DNA from: the human T2T-CHM13v2.0 reference genome, Homo sapiens
Length of the DNA stretch: 64,000 nucleotides
NCBI RefSeq assembly: GCF_009914755.1
Contig: NC_060940.1
Direction: 5' to 3' (one strand)
Part shown: one piece after another, positions 36,786 to 56,226 of the stretch
Position numbering within the stretch: position 1 is the stretch's first letter
Layout: each line of letters starts with the position of its first letter
Translations under genes and position numbers: made by a program
The notes under the pieces: model-generated
What the model saw: the letters and a program-made list of their open reading frames with translations, nothing else
What the model was told of the DNA's origin: nothing
The model's database searches: none

Positions 36786-37459
36786 GCTCTCCGTCCGGGT
36801 GGGCCCACTTCGGTTTGCCTCACCAGCCACTCCCCAACGCTTCCCCACCTTCCTCAAGTCCCCTGTTCCACTTGAGCACCCAATACTCAGGTGGCAATGG
36901 TGGCACTGACGAACTTGTTTGCATGTGCAATCATCTTGATCTCCTTCGCCAGACAGTCAGAAAAACAAAAGGTGTCCTTCCTCTCTGTGAGGCCAGGTCC
37001 CCCCTTTTTGCTCTGGCTCTGAGCTCCTTCAGCACCTTCAGGCCCCTCTGCAATGGATGGGACACTGGACCCAGAATGGGGGAGGGGCAGTTCCCCAATG
37101 GAACATCAACATGAAGAGGGGCTCACATGTCCCCCTCTCCTTCTAATAATCTCCTTTACTCCTAAATTCCCTCTCGCTATTCTCTCCCCCTCCTTCTACA
37201 TTCAAGACTCATGAAAAACAGCTGAGGAGGCCACTGGCTGCACCCTCCCCACACATTTATTCTGCCTGGCCTTCCCCAAATTATGGGCCAAAGTAGGCAC
37301 CAACTTCTGAAAACCCACGATATTTCACTTAAGAATATAGGTTCTAGCCGTTCCTGAAAAACAGGAAGATCTAGCAACTTTGGGACACTGCCCCCAAAAG
37401 CTGGAGCTTAATACAATGTATATGCCATGAAAAAAACCATAATAATAAAACACAAATTA

Positions 37460-37947
<488 letters not shown>

Positions 37948-39845
37948 CTAGAACTGGGGAGGCTGATGTGGGAAAAATGCTTGAGCCCAGGAGAGGGGTA
38001 AGCTGCAGTGAGCTGAGATCATGCCGCTGCACTCCAGCCTGGGTGACACAGTGAGACTCTGTTTCAAAAAAAGCTGGAGTTGAAGAACTGTGTCCTTGGG
38101 CAGCCTCAGTTCCAGGCACTCCTTTTATCTCCTCCACCTGAGGCAGCTACTTTCTCTTACTCCGGCTACTTTTTTTTTTTTTTTTTGAGACAGAATCTCG
38201 CCTTGTCACCTAGGCTGGAGTGCAGCGGTGCAATCTTGGCTCCACCTCCACAACCTCTGCCCCAAGGGTTCAAGTGATCCTCCCACCTCGGCCTCCCAAG
38301 TAGCTGGAATTACAGGTGTGCGCCACCACACATGGCTATTTTTTGTATTTTAGTAGAGACGGGGTTTCACCATGTTGGCCAGGCTGGTCTTAAACTCCTG
38401 GCCTCAAAGGATTGGCCCACCTCAGCCTCCCAAAGTGCTGCGATTACAGGCATGAACAGCCTTTTTTTCTAATTTTTGCAACTCCAGTCTAAGCCTTCTG
38501 TTCTCCATTGCCTCCTAAAACTACTACCTTCTGTCTCTACTGTTTAACTCAAGGATGTCTCATTAAATAACTGGTTGGTTACCAAATTCAAAGTTCTCTC
38601 TTCTCCTTCCTCATTCTCCTCCATCTTTAAGGAGCAAAACTACGTTACAACCACATCCCTCCTTTGCTATCAGTGGGTGCCCCTGCAGGTCTCCCCCTGC
38701 CTGTTTCTGCTCAGCCTTCAGTCTTCTCTTCCCATCTGCCTCTTCAATGCTGGGGCTCCCCACGCTCTCTCTCCAAACCTCTGCTCTTAATATACGCAAG
38801 CTTCTCCCGCAAGCTCACTGCCAATGAACCAGACTCCCAAACCGTACGTCCCACACTTGCCCTCTCCAGTGCCAACCAGCTGCCTAGAGGGCATCTCTTT
38901 TTTGACTATGCCACAAGCACCTCAAACTCCACATCTCAACCTTCTCTGCCTAAACCAGCTCCTCCTCACAGGGGAGGCATCTGTAACCCACCAGTTCCTC
39001 GAGCCTGAAACCCGCGATCTAGCCTAGATTTCTCCTTGTCCCCTGTCTGCATTCCAAGGCACCGAGGCTGCTGACTACGCCTGCTCATTGCTTCTCCCTC
39101 TCCCCACTGCCTTAGTCCTCCTGCGGCCCCCAACCACCACCAAAAGAGCTTTTTAGCCGCTCTCCCTGCCTGAAGTCTCACCCTCTCCGCCCAATTTAGC
39201 ACCATATGGCTGCAAGTGACGCCTTTAACAGGCTTCCTTGATCAGATTCTCCGGCTGAAAACTCCCAAACAGCAACCCCGCCCTCGGATAAAACATAAAC
39301 TCCTTTCTGCAGCACACAAGGCTCTTGAAGATCTCGCCCCAATTAGCCGTGCAGCCCCTTTCCCGGATTCCTGAGCTTTAGGCTTGCACTCCAGCGGACT
39401 GACCTACTTGTTCCCGGAGTGCTCCACATTCTCTTGTCCCCAGCTTTTGCACACGCAGTTTCTTCTGCCTGGAATGCGGTCGGCTGTGACGACCCCCAGG
39501 TAAACCAACTCCTACCACCACAGGTGAAACGAACGCCCTCCTCCTCCTCGCCAATCCCGTTAGTAAGGTGATGTGACTGCCGGCTTGTACCCACTAAAAA
39601 ATGTTTTGGTGAGCAAGGACCCTGTGTTATGCATCTCAGTGTTCCTGGCACCTAGCAGAGCTGGGTACAAGGGGAATATTCTTTATCCCCTTTGAACCTC
39701 AATCCCTCATTGGTAAAACGGAGATAATAATAACCCCTAAGATGACTGTGAAGCTTACAGGAGACATGCAGAAGAATTCTGGCCAAAGGGTTTGAGCCCA
39801 ACCAGGGTAACATAATGAGACCCCGTCTCTTAAAGGAAAAAAAAA

Positions 39846-39893
39846 ACACATATATATATATATACGCACACACACACACACGTGTGTGTGTGT
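39846..39893. repeat. Compound (TA)n(CA)n(TG)n microsatellite containing a 24-bp perfect palindrome
   Basis: 48 bp of unbroken purine/pyrimidine alternation; 39870-39893 is self-complementary around CACGTG. Confidence 0.9.
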
Positions 39894-40099
39894 TTAAAAA
39901 AAAAAGTCTGGCCAAAGTAAACACAAAAGGTAAAAAATTTCTTTTTGACGCGGTAGCCAGATAGAGATCTTTCTCAGCCCCAAACAGACTGCATGTCTTG
40001 CACGACTGCGTCTCCTTAAGCCTCAAGGTCCCCGCTTCCGTAGTGGGGTTAATAATAGAAGCCAGCTCGGGGTGGGAATGAGGATTAAGCAGGACTAAG

Positions 40100-40780
40100 C
40101 CGCTGTGAGCACAGTGCCTGGCGCAGGGGAAAGCGCAGGTCACGTAGCCATTGGGGTGGGGGTCGGGGTCCTGTGCTGCTGCTAAGTGGGGGGGTGGGCG
40201 GAGGGGGAGGGGCAGAGCTCAGAAGGGGGCCGCTGCCCCGGCGGATGCTTGGGGCTCCTCTCGGGGGACCCCTGGGCGATCTTCCCCACCGCGCCGGGCC
40301 CAGGCCCCCTACCCGGCCGCCGGCCTCCCCTGCGGCCGCCCGCCCCGAAGCAAGGCCCCGGGAGGCGGGAAGCGAGGCCTCACGTGCGGCGCAGCGGCTG
40401 CGCCGAAGGCCTGCCAGGCTACTCACTCAGCCACAGCTCCAGCGACGCTGCCGGGCCCGGGGGACCCTGGGCCGACTCGGTTCCCGCCACAGCCGCCGCC
40501 ACCGCGGTCGCCGCCATCGCTCCAGCCCCGACGCCGCGGCCGCGGGCGCCACTGCCTCTTCAGCTGCTGTAGCGTCCTGGCGCTCTCCTCTGCTGACTGC
40601 GCGGCAGGAGCGGTGGACACGTGACGGGGCGGGGCCGCTGGCGCCACGCCCACCCCAGGCCCCCCCCTCCACGCGGGACCGGCCGGAACATTTCTTAGTC
40701 CAGATCCCTCCACCCAGCGCTGGTCTTCTAAGACCACTCACCGTACGGTTGCCAGATAAAATACAAGACGCCCAGTTAAA
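40100..40780. promoter_or_regulatory. GGA2: GGA2 CpG-island promoter / 5' UTR
   Basis: Very GC- and CpG-rich stretch spanning exon 1. GC box GGGGCGGGGC at 40626-40635, E-box CACGTGAC at 40618-40625, no TATA box. Confidence 0.9.
40427..40517 (-). CDS. GGA2: GGA2 coding exon 1 ([30 protein letters not shown])
   Basis: ATG at 40517-40515 inside a CpG island. 91 nt, ends CTGA|GTGAGT donor. Translation matches the recalled GGA2 N-terminus. Confidence 0.97.
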
Positions 40781-40831
40781 TTTGATTTTCAGAAGAACAC
40801 GAATAATTCTTTTAGCATTTTTATTTTTTAA

Positions 40832-40951
<120 letters not shown>

Positions 40952-40975
40952 TAGGGGAGGGCACCACCACGCCTG

Positions 40976-41484
<509 letters not shown>

Positions 41485-41842
41485 TGATCTGCCCGCTTCG
41501 CCCTCCCAAAGTGCTGGGATTACAGGGGTGAGCCACCACGCCCGGCCTATGTGCTTGCATTTTTATTCACAGAAGGGTTTTCCTGGAACACTTTTTTTTT
41601 TTTTCAGATGGAGTCTCGCTCTGTCGCCCAGGCTGGAGTGCAGTGGTGCTATCTCGGCTCATTGCAACCTCCACCTCCCTGGTTTCCTGGAACACTTCTA
41701 AACTAACATGTCCTGCATTCCTCAATACTCTGCTTTATTTTCTGCATCACACAGTACACCATCGATGTATTATTTACTTGCTTATTCTGTTAAAAGATAA
41801 TTTTCCCAAAAAAGTATGTCATGATTATCATAATTATGAAAT

Positions 41843-43130
<1,288 letters not shown>

Positions 43131-43317
43131 ATCTCTTGAAGATTCTGAACATCTGGCAACACTGGACCCGGCTTTCCACATTTCAACAAAACCTGGACGT
43201 GACTAGAGTCTCCACATGCTACAGGGGGCATGAGCTCTACAGTTTGCCAAGGACCATCCTTCAACTCCTGAAACTTTACTTATTTTAAGCACCTGCAATC
43301 CTTTAACATTTTTACAT

Positions 43318-44923
<1,606 letters not shown>

Positions 44924-45504
44924 ACATCTAGATCAATGGTTTTCAAACTAGCATGTGTCAGAATCAGGTTTGTTGCAAATTGCAGGGCCCCGCCACACAG
45001 TTTCAGATCTAGTACGTCTGGAATGAGGCCCCAGAATTTGTCTTTGTAATAGATCTCCATCTGACATTGATGCTGATGGTCTGGAGACCACAACAGAAAG
45101 GATAAAGGCTAAGTGGGTAGGAAGTGGTTGAGGAGTTTAATGTAGTGGTTGGGTGTGCAGGCATTGTGATTAGAACTATGTTGTTTTCATCTAAGAAATA
45201 AGATAAGTGCCTATTTCATGGGGTTTTTTTTTTCCTTAATCTAAAAGAGATAATATATATATATATAAATATGTATCAGCTGGGTGTGGTGGTGCAAGTC
45301 CCTGTAGTCTCAGCTACTTGGGAGGCTCAGATAGGAAGATTGCTTGAGCCCAGGGGTTCAAGATCAGCCTGGGCAACATAATGACAACCATCTCTACAAA
45401 ACCAAAAAATATTAAAAGGCCAGGCATGGTGGCTCACGCCTGTAATCCCAGCACTTTGGGAGGCCAAGGCAGATGGATTATATGAGGTCAGGAGTTCAAG
45501 ATCA

Positions 45505-45714
<210 letters not shown>

Positions 45715-46243
45715 TTACCCAGCCTCCGATATTTCTTTACAGCAACACAATGACAGACTAACACACAGCTTAAGCTGAAATACCAATCTTCTGTCCTTGG
45801 TACTCCTGGATTTCAGGCATTCAGGTTTGGATTGGAATCTACACCACTGGCTCTCCAGCTTTCAGGCCCTTCAACTACACCACTGGCTTTCCTGGGTCTC
45901 CAGCTTACACAAGCAGATCAGATGACTTTTCAGCTTATCTATCAATTTTTATTTTTTCTACAGACAGAGTCTAGCTCTGTTGCCCAGGCTGGAGTGCAGT
46001 GGCACAATCATAGGTCACTTGCAGCCTCCAACTCCTGGGTTCAAGTATCCTTCCACCTCAGCCTCCCACAGTGCTGGGATTACAATTACAGGCATAAGCC
46101 ATCACCTCTGACCTATTTTTTTTTTTTTTTGAGACAGGGTCTTGCTCTGTTGCCCAGGCTGGAGAGCAGTGGTACAATCACAGCCCACTGCAGCCTCAAC
46201 TGCCTGGGCTCAAGTGATCCTCCCGCCTCAGCCTCCCTAATAG

Positions 46244-46429
<186 letters not shown>

Positions 46430-47117
46430 TAATTTGGTGAGGCACTATCTAATAATAAATCTCTCTTCCTAGATATATATCCTGTTGGGTCTGTTTCTCT
46501 GGAGAACCCTAACCTAGGCCCTTAGAGGCTGTGATGAGAGAACATGGCTTTATCGTGAAAATAGCCCTTTTCTGTGCCTCATTTTCCAATCTTCTCCTAC
46601 TGGGGCTCCTTCCTTCCATCTGCTCCTGCTTAAGTCTCTCCTTGGCATAGTTGCCAGAGTGACCTTTCAAAAACCACAATCTGCTCATGTCATTTCCCTG
46701 CCTAAAACATTTCACTGGCTCTGCACCTCCCTCCTTATGAAGACCCAACTCCTTGCCTTCATTAATTGAACCCTAACTTTGCTGAGGTGCCTGCCACTCC
46801 CCACCTGGCCATGCACCTCAGGGACACGCAGACTCCCTTCATCTCCAGCTCTGGATCTGACTGATTTATGGAGACCCTCACTTCCCCAGCAGGGATGGCT
46901 AAAAATCTGGAAGTTGAGTAGAGGGAGGGTACTTAGGAGTTTCCTTGCTGTTGGGAGACAGCCATAGAAAGCCACCCTCTCCCCAGCTGACATGAAGGAG
47001 GAAGTGCAGAGGCCTGACTGCTGCAGGCAGCCAACTGTGGCTGCTGCAGATGCTGTGGCCAGGAGGGTGGAGAGAGAGAAGGACCCTGGGTCCTCACTGA
47101 TGTCACCACACGTGTAA

Positions 47118-47339
<222 letters not shown>

Positions 47340-47630
47340 TGAATCTGGGTTTTATTATTTGGATCTCACATCTGCCTGGTTTCTCAGCAGCCACTTCTAC
47401 CTCTCCCCTGACTCCTACTCTTGGTCCAGTCCTGAACAACTTTGTGAAGCTTTATTTTTCATCCCTCTCCTTGGAATAGCCTTCCAACACCCATCTACCT
47501 GGGAAACTCCTACTCATCCCTCAGAACCCCTGAGGTGCATGCCACCACACCTAGCTAATTTTTTGTGTTTTTAGTAGAGACAGGGTTTCACTGTGTTAGC
47601 CAGGATGGTCTCGATTTCCTAACCTCGTGA

Positions 47631-47983
<353 letters not shown>

Positions 47984-48167
47984 TGAGCCACCACGCCTGG
48001 CTGACATTTATATTTTTTGAGACAGAATCTCACTCTGTCACCAGGGATGGAGTACAGTGACACAGACACAGCTCACTGCTGCCTCGACTTCCTGGGCTCC
48101 AGCTATCCTCCCACCTCAGCCTCTCAAGTAGCTGGGACCACAAGTGCTCACCACAATGCTCAGCTAA

Positions 48168-48329
<162 letters not shown>

Positions 48330-50564
48330 TAAACACATGTCAGTCATCTGTCCCCACCCTTCACTTCCAAGCTTTGTCAAAGGTAGTTTCTCCCAGACAG
48401 CTGGATTCAATGCAAATTACAAGCAACAGACTGGACTGCTAATTATACTGGCAAATCTTGCAAAAGAGGAAAGACTTCCCCGCTTAAATGGAAGTGATAC
48501 TGGTAACTGTTAGAGTCTGGCAGTTAGACCAGCTGATGAGTGCCATTTCTGAAGAAACCGATCTTACTAACATAGTCCTCAAACACTTTTTCATCATGAG
48601 ATCTTGACCCTTACTATGTATCTGGCAACGTGCCAGGTGCTATGGTTATACAAAAAGACAGACTTCCTGCCATAATCTCATATTCTTTTGAGTAAGAGAG
48701 TAAATATGTACAAATATATAATTTCATATAGTAAAAAGTACTATGAAGGCAAAAATAAAGTAGGATAAAGGCAGTATGAATGGGATTCCAAATTTGGCTA
48801 TAAAAATGTAATTTTCTAGAACGGATACTGTCTTTTTTTTTTTTTTTTTTTGAGACAGTCTTGCTCTGTCACCCTGGCTGGAGTACAGTGGCACTATCCT
48901 GGCTCACTGCAGCCTCCACCTCCCTGGGCTCAGGTGATCCTCCCACCTCAGCCACGCCAGTAGCTGGGATTACAGGTGTGCATCACTACACACCACTAAT
49001 CTTTGCATTTTTTGTAGAAACAGGGTTTCACCATGTTTTCTAGGTTGGTCTCGAACTCCTAGGCTCAAGTGATCCACTGGCCTTGGCCTCCCAATGTGCT
49101 GGGATTACATGCATGAGCCGCCGTGCCCAGCCCTGGAAAAGATACTCTCTAAACAACACCGAAAAAGAACACGCTCAGGGGAAGGAACTGGTTTCCCACA
49201 CACTAAAGTGAGCCACCTGCAGCCATGATCATAGAATATGACTCCCATTGACCACAGCTGATTGGACCAGGGGTAGACACCTGACCCAGGCTAGGCCAAT
49301 CAGATTCTCCCCTGCGAGTTTGTATGTGGAATATTGGTTATTTAATTGGTGATGTAGGAGAAGAGAGATGATTTACCTTCAGGGCTAGGGCAGCTGTTGG
49401 CCAACTGCAGAGATAAAGAGAAAGGCAGCCTGCAGAGGGAAAACAAGGGGAGCAGACACACAGAGGGGTGAATGTTAGAAACTGTGCCATCTCAGAGGGC
49501 CGAGTGGCTGCCTTTGGTCCCAACAGGTTTCTAGGTACAGATTCCATTCTTTTGTGAGGTCCAGTTGGAAGTCCTGCCCTTTAGATCTGTGAGAGTCCTA
49601 ATTCTTCCAATAAATTCCTTTCATGGTTTCAGTTAGTCTGAGTGTGTTTCTATGCATTGCCACCAAGATCACTGTTTCTAAGGATGAAAATAATGGTGAT
49701 AGTTACCTAACATTTATTAAATGCCATGTAATGTTCTAAGAACTTCATATATGTTGCCAGGCGTGGTGGCTCATGCCTGTAATCCCAGCCCTTTGGGAGG
49801 CCGAGGCAGGCGGATCACCTGAGGTCGGCAGTTTGAGACCAGCCTGATCCACATGGAGAAACCCCGTCTCTACTAAAAATACAAAATTAGCTGGCTATGA
49901 CGGCACATGGCACATGCCTGTAATCCCAGCTACTTGGGAGGCTGAGGCAGGAAAACCACTTGAACCCGGGAAGTGGAGGTTTCAGTGAGCCAAGATCACG
50001 CCATTGCATGCCAGCCTGGGCAACAAGAGTGAAACTACGTCTCAAAAAAAAAAAAAAAAAAAAGAACTTCGTATATGTTATCTATTCCAATCCTTACAAC
50101 TCTTTGAGATGGGTACAATTCTTATTCCTATTTTACAAACAAGAAAATTGAGGTACAGAAAGTCACATGTGAATAAGGGGCAGAATGTTTCTGAATCTAG
50201 ACAGCCTCTGTGCCCTTCACTGCTGCACTATACCCTCAAAACACTGGGGATGGGCTTGAGGTTATTTAAAATGTATGAAATTCCTTCAAACACTTTTACT
50301 TAGCCAGGTGTGGTGGCATGCACCTGTGATTCCAGCTACTCAAGAGGCTGAGATAGGAGGATCTCTTGAGCCCAGGAGTTAGAGCTACAGTGAAATATAA
50401 TTGTGCCACTGCACTCCAGTCTGGGCAGGCAACAGAGCAACATCCTCTTAAAAAAAAAAAAAAAAGTCTTACTGATCCTGAGCAAAACCCTCAAACAGAA
50501 GACAGACGTCTGGAGCTGCTTTCAAGATAGCACAGCACACTTCACTTGAGGAAGTAGCAACAGC

Positions 50565-50587
50565 TTTATTAATTTCGCTTTTTTATT
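50565..50587 (-). terminator. Tandem AATAAA poly(A) signals, candidate EARS2 distal PAS
   Basis: Plus-strand tttatt at 50565-50570 and 50582-50587; GT-rich downstream element (gtgaagtgtgctgtg) on the minus strand. Confidence 0.6.
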
Positions 50588-53444
50588 AATTTCTTGTTGA
50601 GACAGAGTGTCGCTCTGTTCCCCAGGCTGGAGTACAATGGTGTGATCTTGGCTCACTGCAACCTCCCGTTCTGTGGGGGTTCAAGTAATTCCTGTGCCTC
50701 AGCCACCCAAGTAGCTGGGATTATAGGTATGTACCACCACACCTGGCTAATTTTTGTACTTTTAGTAGAGATGGGGTTTCACCATGTTGGCCAGGCTGGT
50801 CTTGAACTCCCGGCCTCAAGTGATCTGCCTGCCTTGGCCTCCCAAAATGTTGGGATTCTAGGTGTGAGCCACCAGGCCCAGCTCTAATTTAGTATTTTTT
50901 AAAAACTGTGGTAAAATACAGAAAAATATAAAATTTACCATCTCAGTCATTTTTAAATATACAGTTCAGCGGCATTACGTATCTTTATAATGTTGTGCAA
51001 TTATCACCACCATTGACCCCTGTAACTACATCTTGCAAAACTGAAACTCTATACCCTAAACAGTAACTTCCCATTTCTGCCTCCCCAAGTCTGACAACCA
51101 CCATCTTATTTTCTGCCTGTATAATTTTGATTATTTTAAGTAATTCAAATAAGTAGAATCTTACAGTATCTATCCTTTTAACTTTATTTTATTCATTTTT
51201 TTTTTTTTAGACACAGGATCTTGCTCTGTTGCCCAGGTTAGAGTGCAGTAGTGCATTCATAGCTCACTGCAGCCTTAACTCCTCAGCTCAAGTGATCCTC
51301 CTACCTTAGTCTCCCAAGTAGCTGGGACTACAGGCATATGTCACCTCACCTGGCTAATTTTTAAATTTTTTGTAGAGACAGGATCTCACTATGTTGCCCA
51401 GGCTGGTCTCCAAACTCCTGGCCTTTGACAAGCCTACCACCTTTGCCTCACAAAGCATTAGGACGTATTTGTCCTTTTATGACTGACATTTCATTTAGCA
51501 TGAAGTCCTAGAGGTTCATCCATGTTGTAGATATACCAGAATCGACTTAGTATTTTGACCACTCACTTTGTTAAAAACACTCACTTGACCATGAGCCAAG
51601 AAGCTCCTTTTAACCATTCTTAATGTCTTAGAAACAGATGCTCTGACAACACTCAGTAGATCAGAGTTAAGCTTGGACTCTGGATCGGCACAGATCTGAG
51701 TTTAAATCTTGGTTTTGCCTCGTACTATAACCTCGGAAGTTTTAGTTAACTTTTCAGAACCTCGGTTTCCATATCTGTAACAGAAAAAAAAAATACTGCT
51801 TCTCTCATAGTGTTATAAAAAAAATTTACTGAGATGATGGACTAAGGCATTTACGAGCATTATCTGACACCTGGGAGAGGGTGAGGCTCATATAAGCGCA
51901 CAATAAATTACAAGTATTATTATTGTCCCCTTCTGTGGTCAACCACCTGTTGTTTCTGCCATTACATCATCTTCTGGAGAAAGCTCCCTAGTTTTCCTTG
52001 AGAACAACTTTTCCTCCATTGCATATAATCCCTGTGAAACTACCTATTACTGGCCAAGGAATGGTAGCAGGACCTCAGATAGCCCAACAGATACTTGCTC
52101 CTCAGAATCTGAACCTTGAGCAGAGTCATCCAAAACTGAGGGGAAAACACGGAGAAATTAACAACAACAAAACGGCTGTAGTTCATGTGTCGCCATCAAA
52201 GAACTCAGACAAGATTGGCCATTAGCTCCTGTAGCTAGTTCCTGTCTTTTCCAAAACCTGTTTTTTTTTTGGCTTTTTGGTAGATGCTGTGGCTCTCTTA
52301 TGGCCTCCAATAAACATAAGTGAGGCAGAGTTGGTTTCTATTGTTTGCAACCAACGAACTTAATGGATTCTGTATTAGAAAGAACTGGTATATTTCTTTA
52401 AGCAAAGACTAGGACTCTATGGGGCTCAACAAACTCTGTAATCGCCTTTCCACTCCCCTGGACAAAATAAATATATTGTCTACTGCTGAAACGCAAATTA
52501 TCCCCAAACCAAGTAGCTTTAAACAATAAACGTTTACTATCTCACAGTTCATGTGTGTCTGACGTTCCAGAGCAGCTTCTCTGAGTGGTTCTGGCTTAGG
52601 GTCTCCCATAGAGGTCACAAGCGAGATCAGCTAGGATTGCGGTCATGTGAATGCTTGGCTGGAATTGAAGGACCAGCTTTCAAGATTGCACACTCCCATG
52701 GCTATTGGTGGGAGGCCTCCATCCCTTGTCATGTGGAGCACTCCATAAGGCTGCTTGAGTATTTTCATGACCTGGAAGCTGGCTTCCCCCAAAGTAAGCG
52801 ATCAAAGAAAACAAGACAGAAGCCACGATGTATTTTATGACTTACCCTCAGAAGTCAAACTCTCATTTCTTCAATAGTGTAGTGGTTACACAAGTCAGGC
52901 CTATTCAATGTGGGAAGGAACCACACAAGGGTGTGAATAGAAGAAGGCAGGGATGGTTGGGGGCCAACTTAGAGGCTGGCTGCCATGCAGGGGAAGCCTA
53001 GAAGCCTGGTAGGGGTTCATGTACCCTGCCACCATCCTCCTTTCACTTGCTATTCCTCTTCACTGAAGACCCCAAGAAGCATATCTCATTTCAGAAACCA
53101 GCAGAGATGATGACTTATAAGTCATGGAGGAAGGACGAGGTGGATTTGAAGAGAAAGCCACAAAATAGGAAGGGTGAAGGTCTCCAGTCCAAGGACCAGG
53201 TCTGGAAGACTGGAAAAACGGAACAGATGACGTTTAGGGAAGGGAGACACAGGCTGCCCCAAGGTTCAAGAATAAAGGGTAGCATAAGACAAGAGTGCTT
53301 ACCCTTGGCAGTGGAGTCACACTTCTCCTTTTACAACCCCAAAGAAAGTCTGGTGTCCAGTTCAGCCCTGCTTGTGTCACGTATCCTTTGCTGCTCTGAG
53401 TCCTTGGGGCCTGAGAACTGGGACCCATGAGTCCTGCTGCCCAG

Positions 53445-53835
53445 CTGCTACGGGCTGAATTCTGTCCCCCTAAATTCTTACGTTGAGAAACCCCTGGAAC
53501 CTCAGAATGAGACTGTACTTGGAGATTGAGCATTTAAAGAGGTGATTAACTTAAATGAGGCTGGTTAAAGTTAAAATCCAGTCCAACTGGTGTTCTTAGA
53601 AGAGGAACGTTGGGCACATAATGAAACTAGAGATGTGTGTGCATGGAGGGAAGACCGCACAAGGACACAGTGAGAAGACAGCTGTCTGCAAGCCAACAAA
53701 AGAGGCCTCTAGGAAAAACCAGGCCTGCTGACACCTTGATCTTGAACTTCTAGCCTCCAAATGTGAGAAAATAAATCTGTTTAAACCACCTGGTTCTGTG
53801 GCATTTTGTTATGGGGGCCCTAGCAAACTGAAACC
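53445..53835. mobile_element. MLT1-type MaLR LTR inside the EARS2 3' UTR
   Basis: tgctacgggctgaattctgtcccc...gacaccttgatcttgaacttctagcctcca...ccctagcaaactga. Confidence 0.8.
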
Positions 53836-54156
53836 CAAGCCTTCTGCACTGTTCCGGGATGTTAACTTTTCTGTGAACTAACTCCAAACCTCTGCTGTGT
53901 AATGTGTGAGAAACCAGACCCGGAGAATGCCTTTCCAGAGTCCAGGAGGTTAGATGGGTTGGGCTTCCCCAGCCAATTGACAAAAACGTGCCTGTGGTGG
54001 ATCACAAATGCACTTGTGTGCAGTCAGAGATTGTTTCCACTCTTAGTTCCTTCAGCAAACTTCCCGACGGGCCCCAGGCCTCCTTCTGGTCTCTGAAAGC
54101 TGTTTCTAAGCTCACAGGTTCTTAGGGCGATCTCCACTGCCCGACACATCCTCTCC

Positions 54157-54240
54157 CTAGCTGGAAACCACCTTCTGGATCCGTTCCCGTACTTCCTTTG
54201 GTCCCAAGGCCAACATCATCTCAGCTACAGGAGGTCCTTG
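54157..54240 (-). CDS. EARS2: EARS2 terminal exon 9 coding part (QGPPVAEMMLALGPKEVRERIQKVVSS*)
   Basis: ttcttag acceptor; TAG at 54159-54157; 84 nt. Confidence 0.96.
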   Translation of the reverse strand, partial: QGPPVAEMMLALGPKEVRERIQKVVSS

Positions 54241-54360
54241 CTAAGAACAAAAAGAGCAAATATTGCCTTACTACCTTAAACAGCCTAAAGAACTGAAGCT
54301 CAGCCTTAGTCTGCAGAAATTATTCCCAGGCCAGCCCCCACACTGCTGCCTGTGTTCTGA

Positions 54361-54667
<307 letters not shown>

Positions 54668-54915
54668 TGATCCACCTGCCTAGGCCTCCCAAAGTGCTGG
54701 GAATACAGGTGTGAGCCACCGTGCCTGGCCTGATTTTCCCATATTAAGTAAGCTGTTGCTAGGTCTGTTATCCCCAATAAACTGCAAACCCCATGGAGGC
54801 AGAGATTATGTATGTGTGTTTAATTCTATACTGTATTCACTGTACCTAACACAATGCTTGCACATAGTAGGTACTCAATAGTGTCTGTTGATTGACTAAA
54901 TGAGGGGAGTGATCA

Positions 54916-55239
<324 letters not shown>

Positions 55240-55453
55240 TTATTGATCAGCTACAGTACGAGCAGCACAACCAATGTTCAAGCCTGTTTTGAGGGAGGTG
55301 AGGAAGATATTGACCACTTTCTCCCTTATCCAGGTCGGGAAGGAAAAACCACCAAGGGACCACACACAGAGAAGCCAGTGGTCACAATGCAGGGAGGTAA
55401 GAGGTGCCATAAGAGGCTTTACTCATTGCTACCTCTGTGTCATGCAATCTTTA

Positions 55454-56226
<773 letters not shown>

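Larger units (their letters stand above)
50540..54156 (-). other. EARS2: EARS2 3' UTR (long form, repeat-rich)
   Basis: Runs from the stop codon to tandem AATAAA signals at 50582-50587 and 50565-50570 (minus strand). The 3' end is inferred; a more proximal end (AGTAAA near 51825) is possible. Confidence 0.6.
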
